Part shown: piece after piece, positions 26,858 through 40,195 of the stretch
Numbering within the stretch: the first letter of the stretch is position 1
Layout: every line of letters begins with the position of its first letter
Assembly (NCBI GenBank): GCA_030704615.1
Contig: CM060732.1
Coordinates: 62,930,001-62,994,000, forward strand
Reading direction: 5' to 3'
Length of the DNA stretch: 64,000 bases
From: Takakia lepidozioides
Lineage: Eukaryota; Plantae; Bryophyta
Translations under genes and position numbers: made by a program
Notes under the pieces: generated by a model
What the model was told of the DNA's origin: nothing
The model's input: the letters and a program-made list of their open reading frames with translations, nothing else
Database searches by the model: none

Positions 26858-27107
26858 ACTTCCTCTCAGTGCCTCTCCTTGGTATACTGTCTCCACAATG
26901 TCGTTGAACTTTAGCTTGTCCTTGAGTGCCCAATTGATTTTGTTGTTGTTCCCGTGCCTGAGTCAAACATGATGTGTTTATTCCAAAAAAACACGTGATA
27001 GTACAGAATGACAAAACTCATACATTGTGTTGAAGTCTGGGACCTCTGTCATATCCACAAGGTAAATCATTTATGGTGTCCGCCACTGAAGCCAGCACCT
27101 CATCCAT
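26858..27107 (-). pseudogene. YLS8: DIM1/YLS8 (U5 snRNP thioredoxin-like protein) pseudogene exon
   Basis: After a CAG acceptor: MDEVLASVADTI...IYLVDMTEVPDFNTMYE...NKHIMFDSGTG/NNNKINWALKDKLKFNDIVETVY, with deletions and frameshifts. Confidence 0.85.
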
Positions 27108-27594
27108 CTGGATACCAACCCCACAGACTAGAGCATCGTTTATCAACATAGAGCTAAGAGAAAGACACGAGCATGGGAAAAGAAAATCAATAGCGGAGAG
27201 AAAGAGAGAGGAGAAAAGAAGCAGAAACAAGCTTATCACAGTTGCAGGAGGCCAGTGGACAGAGTCTAGGGCTCTCATAGCCGTGAAGCTATGTCATACA
27301 ACAATGGCATGGTATAGCAGTCAATTACCTGGGGGAAAACAATCCTCTCAATGGGATGAAAATCTCAATTTGGAACAACCATAACTCTCCTGCAGCCAAT
27401 CAGCAGAATACAAACCAAATGTAGAGAGAGAGAAACAGTGCACCAACGCATTAGGGCACCCGTGCTGCTTCATCTTGCTCAAAGTTGAAGTTGAAACATA
27501 TTGTTGAACTGGATGCTTTCTTCCAGCTTCACTCCTTACAAAAACAGTGCCAATTGTGAGCTTTCTGCTCCGCCATTCAGGCATGCTGTATGTG

Positions 27595-30500
27595 TCACCA
27601 GTAATCCCCACATGAACAAGACCCATCTTGGAAGTGGTGAAACCGATTGGCATCTCGCACAATAACTTCTCGCCCAACAATTTTTGAGATGAACTTGGTG
27701 GCTGTGTGGCAGTCACCACACACCCGAAGGTTCTTGATGATGCGGATGGGCATCCCAGCAGGCATGCTGATGAGCCCGAAAGCAATGGCCAGCTTCTCGC
27801 TGTGATGGCAAAGAGAGAATTCCTTTTGCTCTTCCTCTACATCATGCAATACAAAGTGTGTGTCAGGCACATATCCAGCCTCCTTCATCTGCTCAGACAA
27901 TCTTTGGAGCTCAGCGTGGATTTTGTCAATCTGTGGATGTGATTTGTCATTGACGATGAATGTATGGACTTGCCTGTTGACCTCGATGCAGCTGCGTCCT
28001 GGCTCCTTTCTGACACCTCTCTCCTCCATCAGGTTTCTCACCCTGGCTTTGTCATCCCACCTCCCAGCCGCAGCATATATATTTGATAGCAGGATGTAAG
28101 CTCCAGCATGCTGTGGATCACTCTCAAGAATGCTTTTGGCGGCACGTTTTGCTACCTCCACATTGCCATGAGTTCTGCAGGCACCAAGCAAGGCCCTCCA
28201 AACGGTAGCTGCTGGTTTGACTGGCATTTGGTTAATGAAGTCTTCTGCCTCATCTAGTCGTCCTGCACGGCCAAGAAGGTCCACCATGCAGCCATAATGC
28301 TCCACTGTAGGAGTGAGGCCATGATATCGAGTCATTATATCCAAATAATGACGGCCCTCATTCTCTAGGCCCACATGACTACATGCAGAGAGAACAGATA
28401 TGAATGTGCTACCGTTCACTTTCAGGCCTTCCTGTTGCATTTCTTCAAATAATGAGAGCGCCTCCCTACCATACCCATTCTGGGCACATCCTGCAATCAT
28501 TGCATTCCATGCAATCGCATCTCGTCTGACCATGTTGTTGAACACTTGACGTGCATCATTTATGCTCCCACATTTGGCATACATGTCAGCAAGGGCTGTT
28601 TCCAGATAAACATATGACAGAAATCCAGCTTTCCTGATCTCAGAATGCACCTCTTTGCCCTTTTCGAGGGCTCCAAGACTCGCACACACATCGAGCACGC
28701 AAATGAACGTGACCCTGTCAGGGGTCACCCCTGCTTCTTGCATTTGCTCATAGATCTCATAAGCCTCCCTATCAAACCCATGCTGAGCATATCCTGTGAT
28801 CATTGCACTCCATGAGACCACATCTCTATTAGCCATTCTGTCAAAAACTTCCCGTGCATCCCTCATGCTCCCGCATTTGGCATACATGTCAGCAAGGGCC
28901 GTTTCCAAAATGACACCTTGAGCGATTCCAGTTTTCATGATATCAGTATGGACCTCTTTGCCCTTTTCCAGTGCTCCTATGCTTGCACATGCATTGAGAA
29001 CACAAGTGAAGGTGACACTGGTGGGGGTCACCCCTTCCCGTCGCATTTTCTCATAGACCTCAATAGCCTCCCTACCACACCCATGCTGGGCATATCCTGC
29101 AATAATCACATTCCATGAGACCACATTTCGTTCAGCCATATTGTCAAACACTTGACATGCATCCTTCATGCTCCCACATTTGGCATACATGTCAGCAAGG
29201 GCAGTCTCCAGAATGAGATCTGGCGGGATTCCAGCTTTAATGAAGTCAGCATGAACTGCTTCGCCCTTTTTGAGGGCTCCTAGGCTGGCACAGGCATTGA
29301 GAACGCAAATGAACGTGACTCTGTTGGGCCTCACCCCTTCCTGTTGCATTCGCTCATAGATGTCTAAAGCCTCCCTACCACAACCGTGCCGGGCATAACC
29401 TGCAATCATTGCACTCCATGAGACCACATCTTGTTTAGCCATATTGCAAAACACCTCATGTGCATCCTTCATGCTCCCACATTTGGCATACATGTTGGCA
29501 AGGGTATTCTCCAGAATGATATCTGACTTAACTCCACTTTTGCTGATGTCAGAATGGACCCGCTTCCCCTTTTCCAGGGCTCCAAGGCCAGCACATGCAT
29601 TGAGAATGCAAATGAACGTAACTCTATTTGGCATCACTCCTTCCTGTTTCATTTGCTCATAGATCACGAGAGCCTCCCGACGACACCCATGCTTTGCATA
29701 TCCTGCAATCATTATATTCCACGTACTCAACTCTCGTTCAGGCATGTTGTCAAAAACTTGGCGTGCATCTGGCACACTCCCACACTTGGCATACATGTTG
29801 ACAAGGGCATTGAGGAGAGAGATGCTTGGCTTGAATCCACTCACAATTACGTGGGCATGCACCTGCTTCCCCTCTGCCAGGTCTTTCATGTTGATGCACT
29901 CCTGCAAGAGAAAGATATATGTACTCGAATCGGCCTGAATGCCTAGTTCGTTCAAAATCTGTAGCACCTCTTTCTGTTTACCCGCCTTACATAATGTCTT
30001 CACATACTCACAAGTGCCAGAAGAATTATTGTTCACTCCTTCTCTTGGTCTTCTTTGTAATGCGGGGGTGGTGGAGGTACCCCTGCTACCTGTCTGATGT
30101 AGGACACATAACTGTGCTTGATTCAAGCCTGCCATCCTGCATGACAGAAAACTCTCGGTTACAAACCTTTGCACTCAAACATAAATCTCCTAGATACTTG
30201 GAAGAAAAATCGTAGCCAGAGGACAAGTTTTCCTAGATTTACATATTACCAGTTAGCTACTCTGACAATAAACAGTCCCAATTCTACATGTTTCAGTTGG
30301 AATTCTTGAACCATCATTAAGACAATACCCGTTGTATTCTCGGCCGTGTACATTCATAGTAGAACCATCACCACATGGTGCTCGCCCTTCTATCATGGCA
30401 AATAGCTCTGTTTTCAGCCAAGGAGGGTTTGACCAACTCTCAATCCAAAGGACCTCATTGGTGCGCTTATGTCTGAGGTCTGGAGATCTTGGACTTTTCT

Positions 30501-30703
30501 GTGAAAACCACCAGTGGGCAGCTGAGCAGCGAAGTTTCAACCACAGCTGTCATAGAGCAACCACCAGGCCTCTTTCAAATAATAGGGAACAACCTACTTT
30601 TGCTCCTCAGGAAGATGCCTTACCTTATAAGACCTGTCGTCCCACCACTGCGAAGGATCGGAAATGAGGTCCTGCCACAGCAGGTCCATGCTTATAGCTT
30701 GGC
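27595..30703 (-). CDS. PDF-motif + PLS-PPR-E-DYW protein (spliced; first exon uncertain)
   Basis: Main exon 27595-30136 (L,S, 4xPLS, P2L2S2, E, HSEKLA/CGDCH/GDYW). In-frame upstream exons are 30329-30498 (KSPRSPDLRHKRTNEVLWIESWSNPPWLKTEL...) and 30624-30703 (QAISMDLLWQDLISDPSQWWDDRSYK), with canonical GT-AG and matching phases. Candidate first exon 30821-30956. Confidence 0.9.
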
Positions 30704-31634
30704 CTGCATTCAACACGTAGAACTTCAGCAAGCAGCTCAATTCTTCTGAAGGGGTTTGGAGGTACATAATGCAGCAGATCCTCTGGGCATCCAGCTTGGC
30801 AGTGCCGGGCAATGAAATACTTGCAAATATTGCCCAGCGTATAATGTCCAAAAGGACGAAGAAAGTTGGTCTTGATTGCTTGAGAAGGGAGCCCCACAAA
30901 CTCCAAGAATCTGCTGCCTCTTCCTTCTCTCCGAACGGGCAGAGGGATGGCAGCATGCTCCGTCGCTATCCTGTGTAACCCAAGGCCCTGTCTTCTGCTT
31001 GCGATGAAGGGGCGGGATGCTTCACGTCTTGGTGCACGGAGTAACGAATCTGCCCCACATGAAACTGATCATCATACTCTTTCGTTGTAGTTGTAAGCTT
31101 GTACCTCCTACGACACTTCAATGTAATTAGTTTCAGTCTGCAAGATTAGAATACGCATAGGGGGCGTGTAAACTGTCTGCGTTGGATCTATACACCAGAT
31201 TGTCGATTTGAAGCTAGACACATTTTGGTCGAAGGAATTCTCTACGGGTTGTGTAAGAACATTGTCCCATGTCCTCCTTTCCTCATTTCCTTCAATATCT
31301 GCTAGAATATGTGACATTCGTGATATACCTACATTCTTTCCAATCATTTTGTGTGTCAATGTGTGGGGGAGAGAGAGATGGAGAAAGGATAGCTTGCAGT
31401 AGCCCCCGCAAAAGCAGGGATGGACCAACGCAGATTCGTAGTGTGTTCTTTAACGAACCTTGGCAGGTCTAACCTGTGAGGCGTAGTTCAGTATGGATAC
31501 CCAGCCCCAAAAGTCTATAACTCAAAGCAGCCAAGATGTAATTCTCCTCCCCTAGCCCCACTTTGAGATGTAATTGCCCAGCAATTAGGAGCTGCTAATT
31601 ATCTCTGTGTTGGTGGTGCTTGAGGGCTATCCAA

Positions 31635-33295
31635 GTAACAAGTGTACACAACTTTGGGCTGCAGAGGTTATTGGCAGATTCTTTGCATTGGTTGGGACAA
31701 CTGGTCTGATAAGGTGAGGATGCCTCTATTGCTAAGCACTATTACGTCCAGGATAGAAAGGATTGTCCTCTATGTCAGCAACAGTGCAATGTTATGGAAG
31801 AAAATCCAAGTCATTTGGTCGATGGTCCCCACGCCTGGGCACTAGTCTACACAACTTATACTAAAGCTGTAGCGTGTCTCACAATGTGAATTCAATTATA
31901 TGGATAGTGAGGGAGGGGCACTGAAAGGGCCACATAGATGGACATCAATGGACATCATCGTGCCATGCTCCATGATATTTTGACAGATTGACGGGTACAG
32001 TATGCATGGAAAAGATCCTGCCAAAGGTGATGATCACTATTTACGGATGGTTATGAAACAGAAGGACTGGAGTCATGTAAAGCTTTATTGCACAGGATAC
32101 GTTGATTGCAGGGTACAGTATGTATGAAGAAAATCCTGTGAGCTGGTGGTGTTTTATTTTTTCAGACTAGACCATGATTTCAGTTGCTTTGAGTGATCAA
32201 AACTAAGATCTTCACATTGGCACTAGTGCTTCTCATGTTCGATTCATTGGTTGTCAATCAACAATAGCGTTGAAGTTGGTTTTTTCAAAGTTTTGGCCTT
32301 TGTTTTGAAGCGATGTTTGTGGAGCTTGTGGTTGTAGCCTGGTCTGGGAGGCTGTGGTCAGATTTATCACGGCTTGCTTTTCTACTGGTGCTTTTCAACT
32401 TCATTAGACTTCAGGCACAAGCGCATAAAGGAGCTCCTTTGGATTGGTATTCAATGGAACCCAGCTTGGGTAAAAGCTAGCTACAGACGAGGTGGATGGC
32501 TGCCAATCAGAGTATGGCTCTTTTCCTTGTGAGAACTTGGATTTTTTAAGATGGGAATCTAGAGTCTGGGATGATGGTCCAAGGACAGCGTCTTGGTCAA
32601 CATGTGCTCCGGAACAACACGACTCTGGTAAACAATTACCCTGGCTTGAAGGTGGCATTGGCCACCACAAGCTCCTTCAGTCTTCTGCAACACCTGGAAT
32701 TTTTGTATGTTTGTATGGTTGTGCTGTGCATGAGACACATAAAGAGCTCGAGTAGATCAAAGAAATATAGCTACCAAAGCACCACTCAATAGAGACTGAG
32801 GCATTTAGAAGAAAGCAAATTCCGATGTTTATGAGTTCTTGATTGCAGGTCAAGCAATAAGCATAGCACAACTCTGGCAGTCTTTCACAGATTGCTCACA
32901 GTGGGGGGACAGCAGATTTGAGAAGGTGAGGATATCTACATTTAGGATGCAAAAGGTTTTGTCTGTCAGCAGGTTGTTCATGTTTGTTAGCCGGTGCTTT
33001 GAAAGTAGGTTGCTGAAGTTGACTCCAGTCAATTGAAAGATGCTTGTCTCTGGTGGTTGTAGCCTGGTCTTGCCAGTCTCATTGTGGCTCCTGAGCGTCC
33101 CACTTCTGGTCTTTGCAGAAACATCCAAGATCAACAGACTTCAGACATAGGAGCACAAAGGAATTCCCTCGGATTGAGAGTTGGTCAAACCCTTCTGGGG
33201 TGAAAGCAGAGCTAGCTGCGAAGAGGCAAGTTCCAGTACAACTGTGAATGGTTTTTGATGTACACCATCGAGCTCCATGCCAAGAATGCAACAGT
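31635..33295 (+). pseudogene. Two degenerate PDF-motif exon pairs upstream of the 33.5 kb PPR gene
   Basis: First pair: ~31635-31713 (..DSLHW/WDNWSDK|GTGAG) and ~32398-32490 (SLDFRHKRIKELLWIGIQWNPAWVKA). Second pair: 32849-32925 (QAISIAQLWQSFTDCSQWGDSRFEK|GTGAG) and 33119-33295 (KHPRSTDFRHRSTKEFPRIESWSNPSGVKAEL, then a stop and a lost donor). Confidence 0.7.
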
Positions 33296-33466
33296 TATTG
33301 TCTGTTTTATGATTATTCGAGGGTTGCAGTTGAAACTGATAGAAATTATGCAGTTTGTTCTCAAAGAAGCTGACTACAGTAGTTGTGTAATGTTGATATG
33401 TAGCAAGAAGCCTGCTAGTCCTTTGACTCTAAAGGTCCACAACTCAAGAGTTTTGCGTCCTGCAGG

Positions 33467-35993
33467 ATGGCAGGGTTAAATCAGGGACAGCTGTTGGTTG
33501 GATGTCAGAGTGGTGACAGGGGTAGCACCTTCACAATCATCACTACTGTCGAGAGAGGACCAAGGGAGGGAGTCAACAACAACTCTTCTGACACTTGTAG
33601 GGAAGGGCGACCGAAAGAGGCATTGCAGATGTTGAACCACCGAGGCATTTGGGCAGACTCCAACTTGTATGTCTCTCTCTTGCAGGAGTGCATTGACATG
33701 AAAGACCTTGCAGGGGGCAAGCAGGTGCACACCCAAATAATTCAAACTGGATTCAGGCCAAGCATCTTTCTCCTCAACACCCTTATAAACATGTATGCCA
33801 AGTGTGGGAGCATGGTGGATGCACGGCAAGTGTTTGACAAAATGCCTGAACGAGATATGTTTACATGGACCAACATGATGGCAGGATATGCCAAGGATGG
33901 GTGTGGTAGGGAGGCTTTCAAGATCTACCAACAAATGCAACAGGAAGTAGTAGCGCCCCACAGGGTCACGTTCATTTGTGTTCTGAATGCTTGTACCATC
34001 CTTGGAGCCCTTAAATGGGGCAAAGATATCCATGCTGACATCATCAAAGCTGGAATTGTGTCAGATATTATTCTGGAGACAGCCCTTGCTAACATGTACA
34101 TGAAATGTGGGAGCATGAAGGATGCACAGCAGGTCTTCGACAAAATGTCTCACCGAGATGCGGTATCATGGAACACCATGATTGCAGGATATTCTAAGCA
34201 TGGGTGTGGTATTGAGGCTCTCAAGATCTATGAGCAAATGCAAGAGGAAGGGGTGTGGCCCACCAGGGTAACGTTCATTTCTGCTCTCAATGCATGTGCC
34301 AGCCTAGGAGCACTGGATAAGGGCAAAGAAGTCCATGCTGACATCATGAAATTTGGAATTGCATCATATATTAACTTAGAGACTGCCCTTGTTGACATGT
34401 ATGCCAAATGCGGGAGCATGAAGGATGCACATCAAGTGTTCAACAAAATGCCCAAACGTAATGTGGTCTCTTGGAATGCAATGATTGCAGGGTATACTCA
34501 ACATGGGTATGGGAGGGAGGCTTTGGAGATGTATGAGCAGATCCAACAGGAAGGGATGAATCCTGACAGGGTCACGTTTACTTGTGCTCTCAATGCCTGT
34601 GCGAGTCTTGGCGCCCTGGAAAAGGGCAAGCAGGTCCATGCAGACATATGTAAAAGTAGAATTGTTCCAGATATCATTTTGGAGAATACCCTTGTGGACA
34701 TGTATGGAAAATGCGGGAGCATGGAGGATGCTTGTCAAGTGTTCGACAATATGACCAAACGAAATGTTGTTTCATGGAGTGCAATGATCACAGGATATGC
34801 TCAGCAGGGGTGTGGTAGGGAGGCTTTCAAGATCTATAAGCAGATGCAATGGGCACGGGTGGCACCCGATGAAGTCACATACATGTGCATTCTCAAGGCG
34901 TGTGCAAGCCTAGGAGCCCTGGATAAAGGGAAGGAGGTCCACTGTGACATTTTGAAAGCTGGGATTGAATCGTATATTACCCTGGAGACTGCCCTTGCCG
35001 ACATGTATGCAAAATGCGGGAGCATGAAGGATGCACGTCAAGTGTTCGACAATATGACTCAACGGAATGTGGCCTCATGGAGTACAATGATTGCAGGATA
35101 TGCCCAGCATGGGTGTGGTAAGGAGGCAATCCAACTATTTGAAGAGATGCTACAGGAAGGCTTGAAGCCGGAAGGAATCACTTTTACATCTCTTCTGACT
35201 GCATGTAGCCATGCAGGCCTAGTGGACGAGGGTAGTCACTATTTTGATTCCATGGGTCGTGATCATGGTGTCACTCCCACAGTAGAGCATTTTTCCTGCA
35301 TGGTAGACCTTCTTGGCCGTGCAGGGCAATTGGATCAGGCAGAAGATTTCATTAACAAAATGCAACTCAAACCAGATGCGGGGGTGTGGAGGGCACTGCT
35401 GGGTGCCTGCAGAGCTCATGGTGAAGTGGATGTAGCAGAACGTGCAGCACAAAGAATCCTCAAGAGTGATCCACAGAACTCTGCAGCTTATGTGCTCCTA
35501 TCTAACATCTATGATGCGGCTGGGAGGTGGGATGATAAAGCAAAGGTTCAAAAATTGATGGAAGACACAGATATTAGAAAGGAACCAGGGCACAGCTGCA
35601 TTGAGGTTGACAACCAGTTGCATACATTTCTTGAAGAAGACAGATCACATCCACAAATTGAAGAGATCCATTGGTGAGCTAACGAAATTGTTTGGGCAGC
35701 TGGATGAGGCTGGGTATGTTCCGGACAAACACTTTGTATTGTATGATGTGGATGAAAAGCGAAAGGAATTGTCTCTTTGCCTCCACAGTGAGAAGCTGGC
35801 AATTGCTTTTGGCCTTATGAACACCTCCCCTGGGACACCTATCCGCGTCATCAAGAACCTTCGGATGTGTGGTGAATGTCACACTGCCACCAAGTTCATC
35901 TCGAAGACTGTTGGCCGAAAAGTTGTTGTGTGGGATGGCTACTGCTTTTATCACTTCAGAGATGGTGTGTGTTCTTGTGGGGATTACTGGTGA
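33467..35993 (+). pseudogene. PLS-PPR-E-DYW gene with a +1 frameshift at the start of the DYW domain (truncated E+-like protein or pseudogene)
   Basis: The 736-aa PPR ORF ends EEIHW* at 35677. The DYW tail (GELTKLFGQLDEAGYVPD...HSEKLA...CGECH...GDYW) continues in another frame to 35993. There is an extra T in ATCCATTGGTGAG near 35671. Confidence 0.9.
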
Positions 35994-36843
35994 AACACAC
36001 AATAGACGAATGAAAATGTGACCCCTCTACATTAGGGCAGAGAGGTCATGACTTGTCATTTATTTGGTCACACAGAAAGTAAGAAGGAAAGTTTGTAAAG
36101 TACCTGGGAAGCTCAAAGAGCTGACGGGGCCGCCGAAACGAGGAAGCAGGACAGGAAATTGCGGCCCCCGCATTGAATGCATGAAGAAATTACTGATGTT
36201 GGGGGTAACCTAAACCATGACTGTAGTCTGGGAGTCTGGTGATGTTGCTCGAGTGAGAGGGGAAGATCATGTAGTTGGCAATTCCTCGAACTGCTCGCCC
36301 CACAGTAGCTGGAGAGCCATGCATCTGGCCTTTAATCCTCCAGAGTCTGAATTGTGAAAATTGAGCTCCCCATTTCGCAGTCAATCAAAGACCAATCACA
36401 AACCTGCTACATGAAGCAAGGCTCTTCACACTCCATGGCAACTTGCTGAGACGGCTTAGAAGGGCACAATGGAGAGTCCAATTGACAAGTCTTCCGAGTG
36501 GCAAGCATTACGAGAGAAGTGAATAAAGCTTGGATACCAGCATACAGTCTACAGGTTCCAATGCTACACCAACACCTCAACAGATTACACACAATGAGTC
36601 AAAAGTGGGGGTCCAGGCTGTGACCCCGCTATAACAAGACATGGAAGAAAGAAATTTCTTGTAAGCATGTCCTACGGGCCATGCTAAATAGGCCGGCAAC
36701 AGTAAAGTACTGGTAGTAGGGGAAAAGGCATCCCCAGTGGGCCTGCACTTCAAATTTCTGAGGCCCAACCAAAAACCTTCTCTTGCCGAGCAATGATTAA
36801 CAATGATAAACTTACTGTTACCCACTTTTCTCCATATCACTTT

Positions 36844-37072
36844 TATTTTTTTTAAAGGGAAACACCTGGGAGCGACAGCTCACAAATCAGGCCCCTTGAT
36901 AGAGAGAGGAGAAAATAACCTCTCAGTAACCTCGCCCTAAGGCTTTCCGACGCGACACTGCGCCGGGAAGGGGGAGAAGAGCGTACCACACCCGTCAAGT
37001 AGCAGGATTTGACCCCAGGGTCATCCGGATGGCACTCAGTGCACTTTACCAACTGAGCTACTGACTGTTGGT
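36844..37072 (-). mobile_element. tRNA-derived SINE with A-rich tail and TSD
   Basis: Minus strand: A box TAGCTCAGTTGG, B box GGTCAAATCC, 3' AAAAAAAATAAAA. TSD ATATCACTTT at 36834 and 37073. A second truncated copy lies at ~43386-43540. Confidence 0.8.
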
Positions 37073-37673
37073 ATATCACTTTAAGTAGATATCACTACTG
37101 CGCAGCCGAAGCTGTAAAGTGTGGAGTTCAATTCAAATGGACGTGGATTAAAATTTAATTATAATACAAATCCGTTTCACTGCAGTAAACCCACCTTCGA
37201 ACAAGCTCTCTGGATTGTAAGTGGAATTGTGTGTGTGAAGTGTGGAGAAATTTCAGGGACGACGCTGCCAAGGACTTATTTGAACATTCAGTGACACACC
37301 CAGTTTCTCAAATTTGAGGGGTGCTGATATTGAGTATGAAACGTGATATTGACCTCCTTCTCTTCCGGGTTGTTTCAGGTCTGCAATCTTATAAACGGTA
37401 TCAGTCAGTCTATTCCTCCTTGCAGCTTTAGGGCGCCATCCACAGTAAACAGCAGTAGGAGGCAGTGATAGACTAGTCACGAGTTAGAATGTATGACAAG
37501 AAGATGAGTAGGAAGTGCGACAAGACTGTTTATAGCAAAACGTGGAATCTGCACATTACCAAGGCAAAAATTGAAGCCAAACGTTTGAGACCAGTTCTCT
37601 CAAGACTAGAGAACAACCTTGTATAATACACCTGCGAACTATTCAATGAGCTCCCAATGTCTACATTGCTGAT

Positions 37674-38663
<990 letters not shown>

Positions 38664-39794
38664 GGCTGCCAACTACTGTGGTCTTGAGAGAGCAAGCAGG
38701 CAGGGGAGTGTAGAGAGAGAGAAAAGAGAAGACTCTGAAGGTGGAGCTAGGAGGACTAGGCTAAATAGGAGGGCAGAGTAACTCGGTGGAGATAATCTCG
38801 CAGTTTGCAACGTGGCTCGCCTCAAGGAGCTTGCTGATTTCCCAGCGTGCCACGGTAAAATGTACACAAGGAAGACGGATGAAGATGAGATGGTAGAATC
38901 CAGGAATCCACGAATCCACCGACCTCTATCATGGATGGAATATGCCGATTGTTAATGAGAATTGGTCTCTGTCCACAAAATAAGAAACTTGCAGGCTCGT
39001 GAAAATATGGAGCGAGAATGTAGCGGGAAGCGGGTGGGGAAAATCTGGGCGGCCAATGAGAGCGCTATCTGCTGGATAGCTTCCCCTCCGGCTCTGCTTC
39101 AGGATTGGATGAATGCGGGGCCCACAATCTTCATCCGGCACACTGTAGGAAAGAGGAGAAGAAAATGCACCAAGTAAAAACAGCGCAGTTGAAGTGTGAA
39201 GCGGATTGCAGAGATAAGTCCCGCGCAGGATTGCACCGCAGCCACAACGCTTGTTTGCACCAATCGCTGCGTCTCAATTGGGTGTTGCAAGCAGCCATCC
39301 ACCAATGCATGCCCATGTCTGAGCGCAATATGGCCACCAGCGATGGAACCTCTGACATCACCACAAAACAAACCTTATTTTTGTCTTATGTGAAGTTGGA
39401 GTGTCTGGATAGGATTGTGGATTGGGTATCGGGAGATCAGAGTGGAGGTAGCGATTGGAGCTCGCAAGTTATCCGGCGAGGGCTAGTGCGTGGTGGGTCC
39501 ATCAAAATGATTACACATGTGCTTTATTGGAGCATGGCAGTCCCAAGGGCATGGAGGAATTGAATGAGCTCTACAGGGACAGTAACCGTCCTAGGAAAAT
39601 GAGTGATGATCAGCTACAAAGGATGTATCATGTCTATTTTGCTTGGTACGGAGGAGGCCTCCATCTGGCCTCCCACCCATTTTCGACCCACCGAATGGGG
39701 AAGCAGCTTGCCATTCTGCCAATCAGTCTTTTACAAAGTGAAACTGGCCATAATTTTAGGAGCATAATGAGGAGCTTTGCAGCCTCGGATTGGC

Positions 39795-39937
39795 CCTGAA
39801 ACCTTCCTCCAGCTCGAGGTTATGCATGCTCGCTGGGCTATGCTCGGAGCGCTCGGGTGCATGACTCCTGAGCTTCCAGGCAAGAACGGCACCAAGTTTG
39901 GAGAGGCTGTGTAGTTCAAGGCTGGATCTCAGATCTT
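39795..39937 (+). pseudogene. LHCB pseudogene fragment
   Basis: [42 protein letters not shown], with a deletion, a frameshift and a stop. Confidence 0.9.
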
Positions 39938-40195
39938 ACATTTGTTGTTGTAGAAGACACTGTACCATGAATCAGGGAAATCCACGATGAGCTGAAGAGA
40001 TTTTTGAGAGGTGAAGGAGGGTGGACACACGTTGTGTATTGCATGATGTGGAGGAGGAAACAAAAGGAAACTTCGCTTTGCCACCACAGAGAAGTTCGCC
40101 ATAGCTTTAGGGCTCATCAGTACATCCCCTGGGACGCCCATTCACATCACTAAAAACCTTCGGGTGTGCGGTATGACTGCCAGACTGCGACCCAG
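39938..40195 (+). pseudogene. DYW-domain pseudogene fragment fused directly to the LHCB fragment
   Basis: Nucleotide homology to the 3' end of the 15619-18468 gene (...ATAGCTTTAGGGCTCATCAGTACATCCCCTGGGACGCCCATTCACATCACTAAAAACCTTCGGGTGTGCGGT). Confidence 0.88.

Noticed and set aside
30137-30174. ORF-track N-terminal extension MQRFVTESFLSCR of the 859-aa PPR
   Set aside because: It lies in the intron upstream of the conserved TGCAG acceptor.
36190-36600. Short minus-strand ORFs downstream of the 33.5 kb PPR
   Set aside because: No recognisable domain or consistent exon structure.
36990-37072. tRNA gene
   Set aside because: Poor cloverleaf, followed by a body, tail and TSD, so it is a SINE head; the same applies at 44.1 and 53.1 kb.
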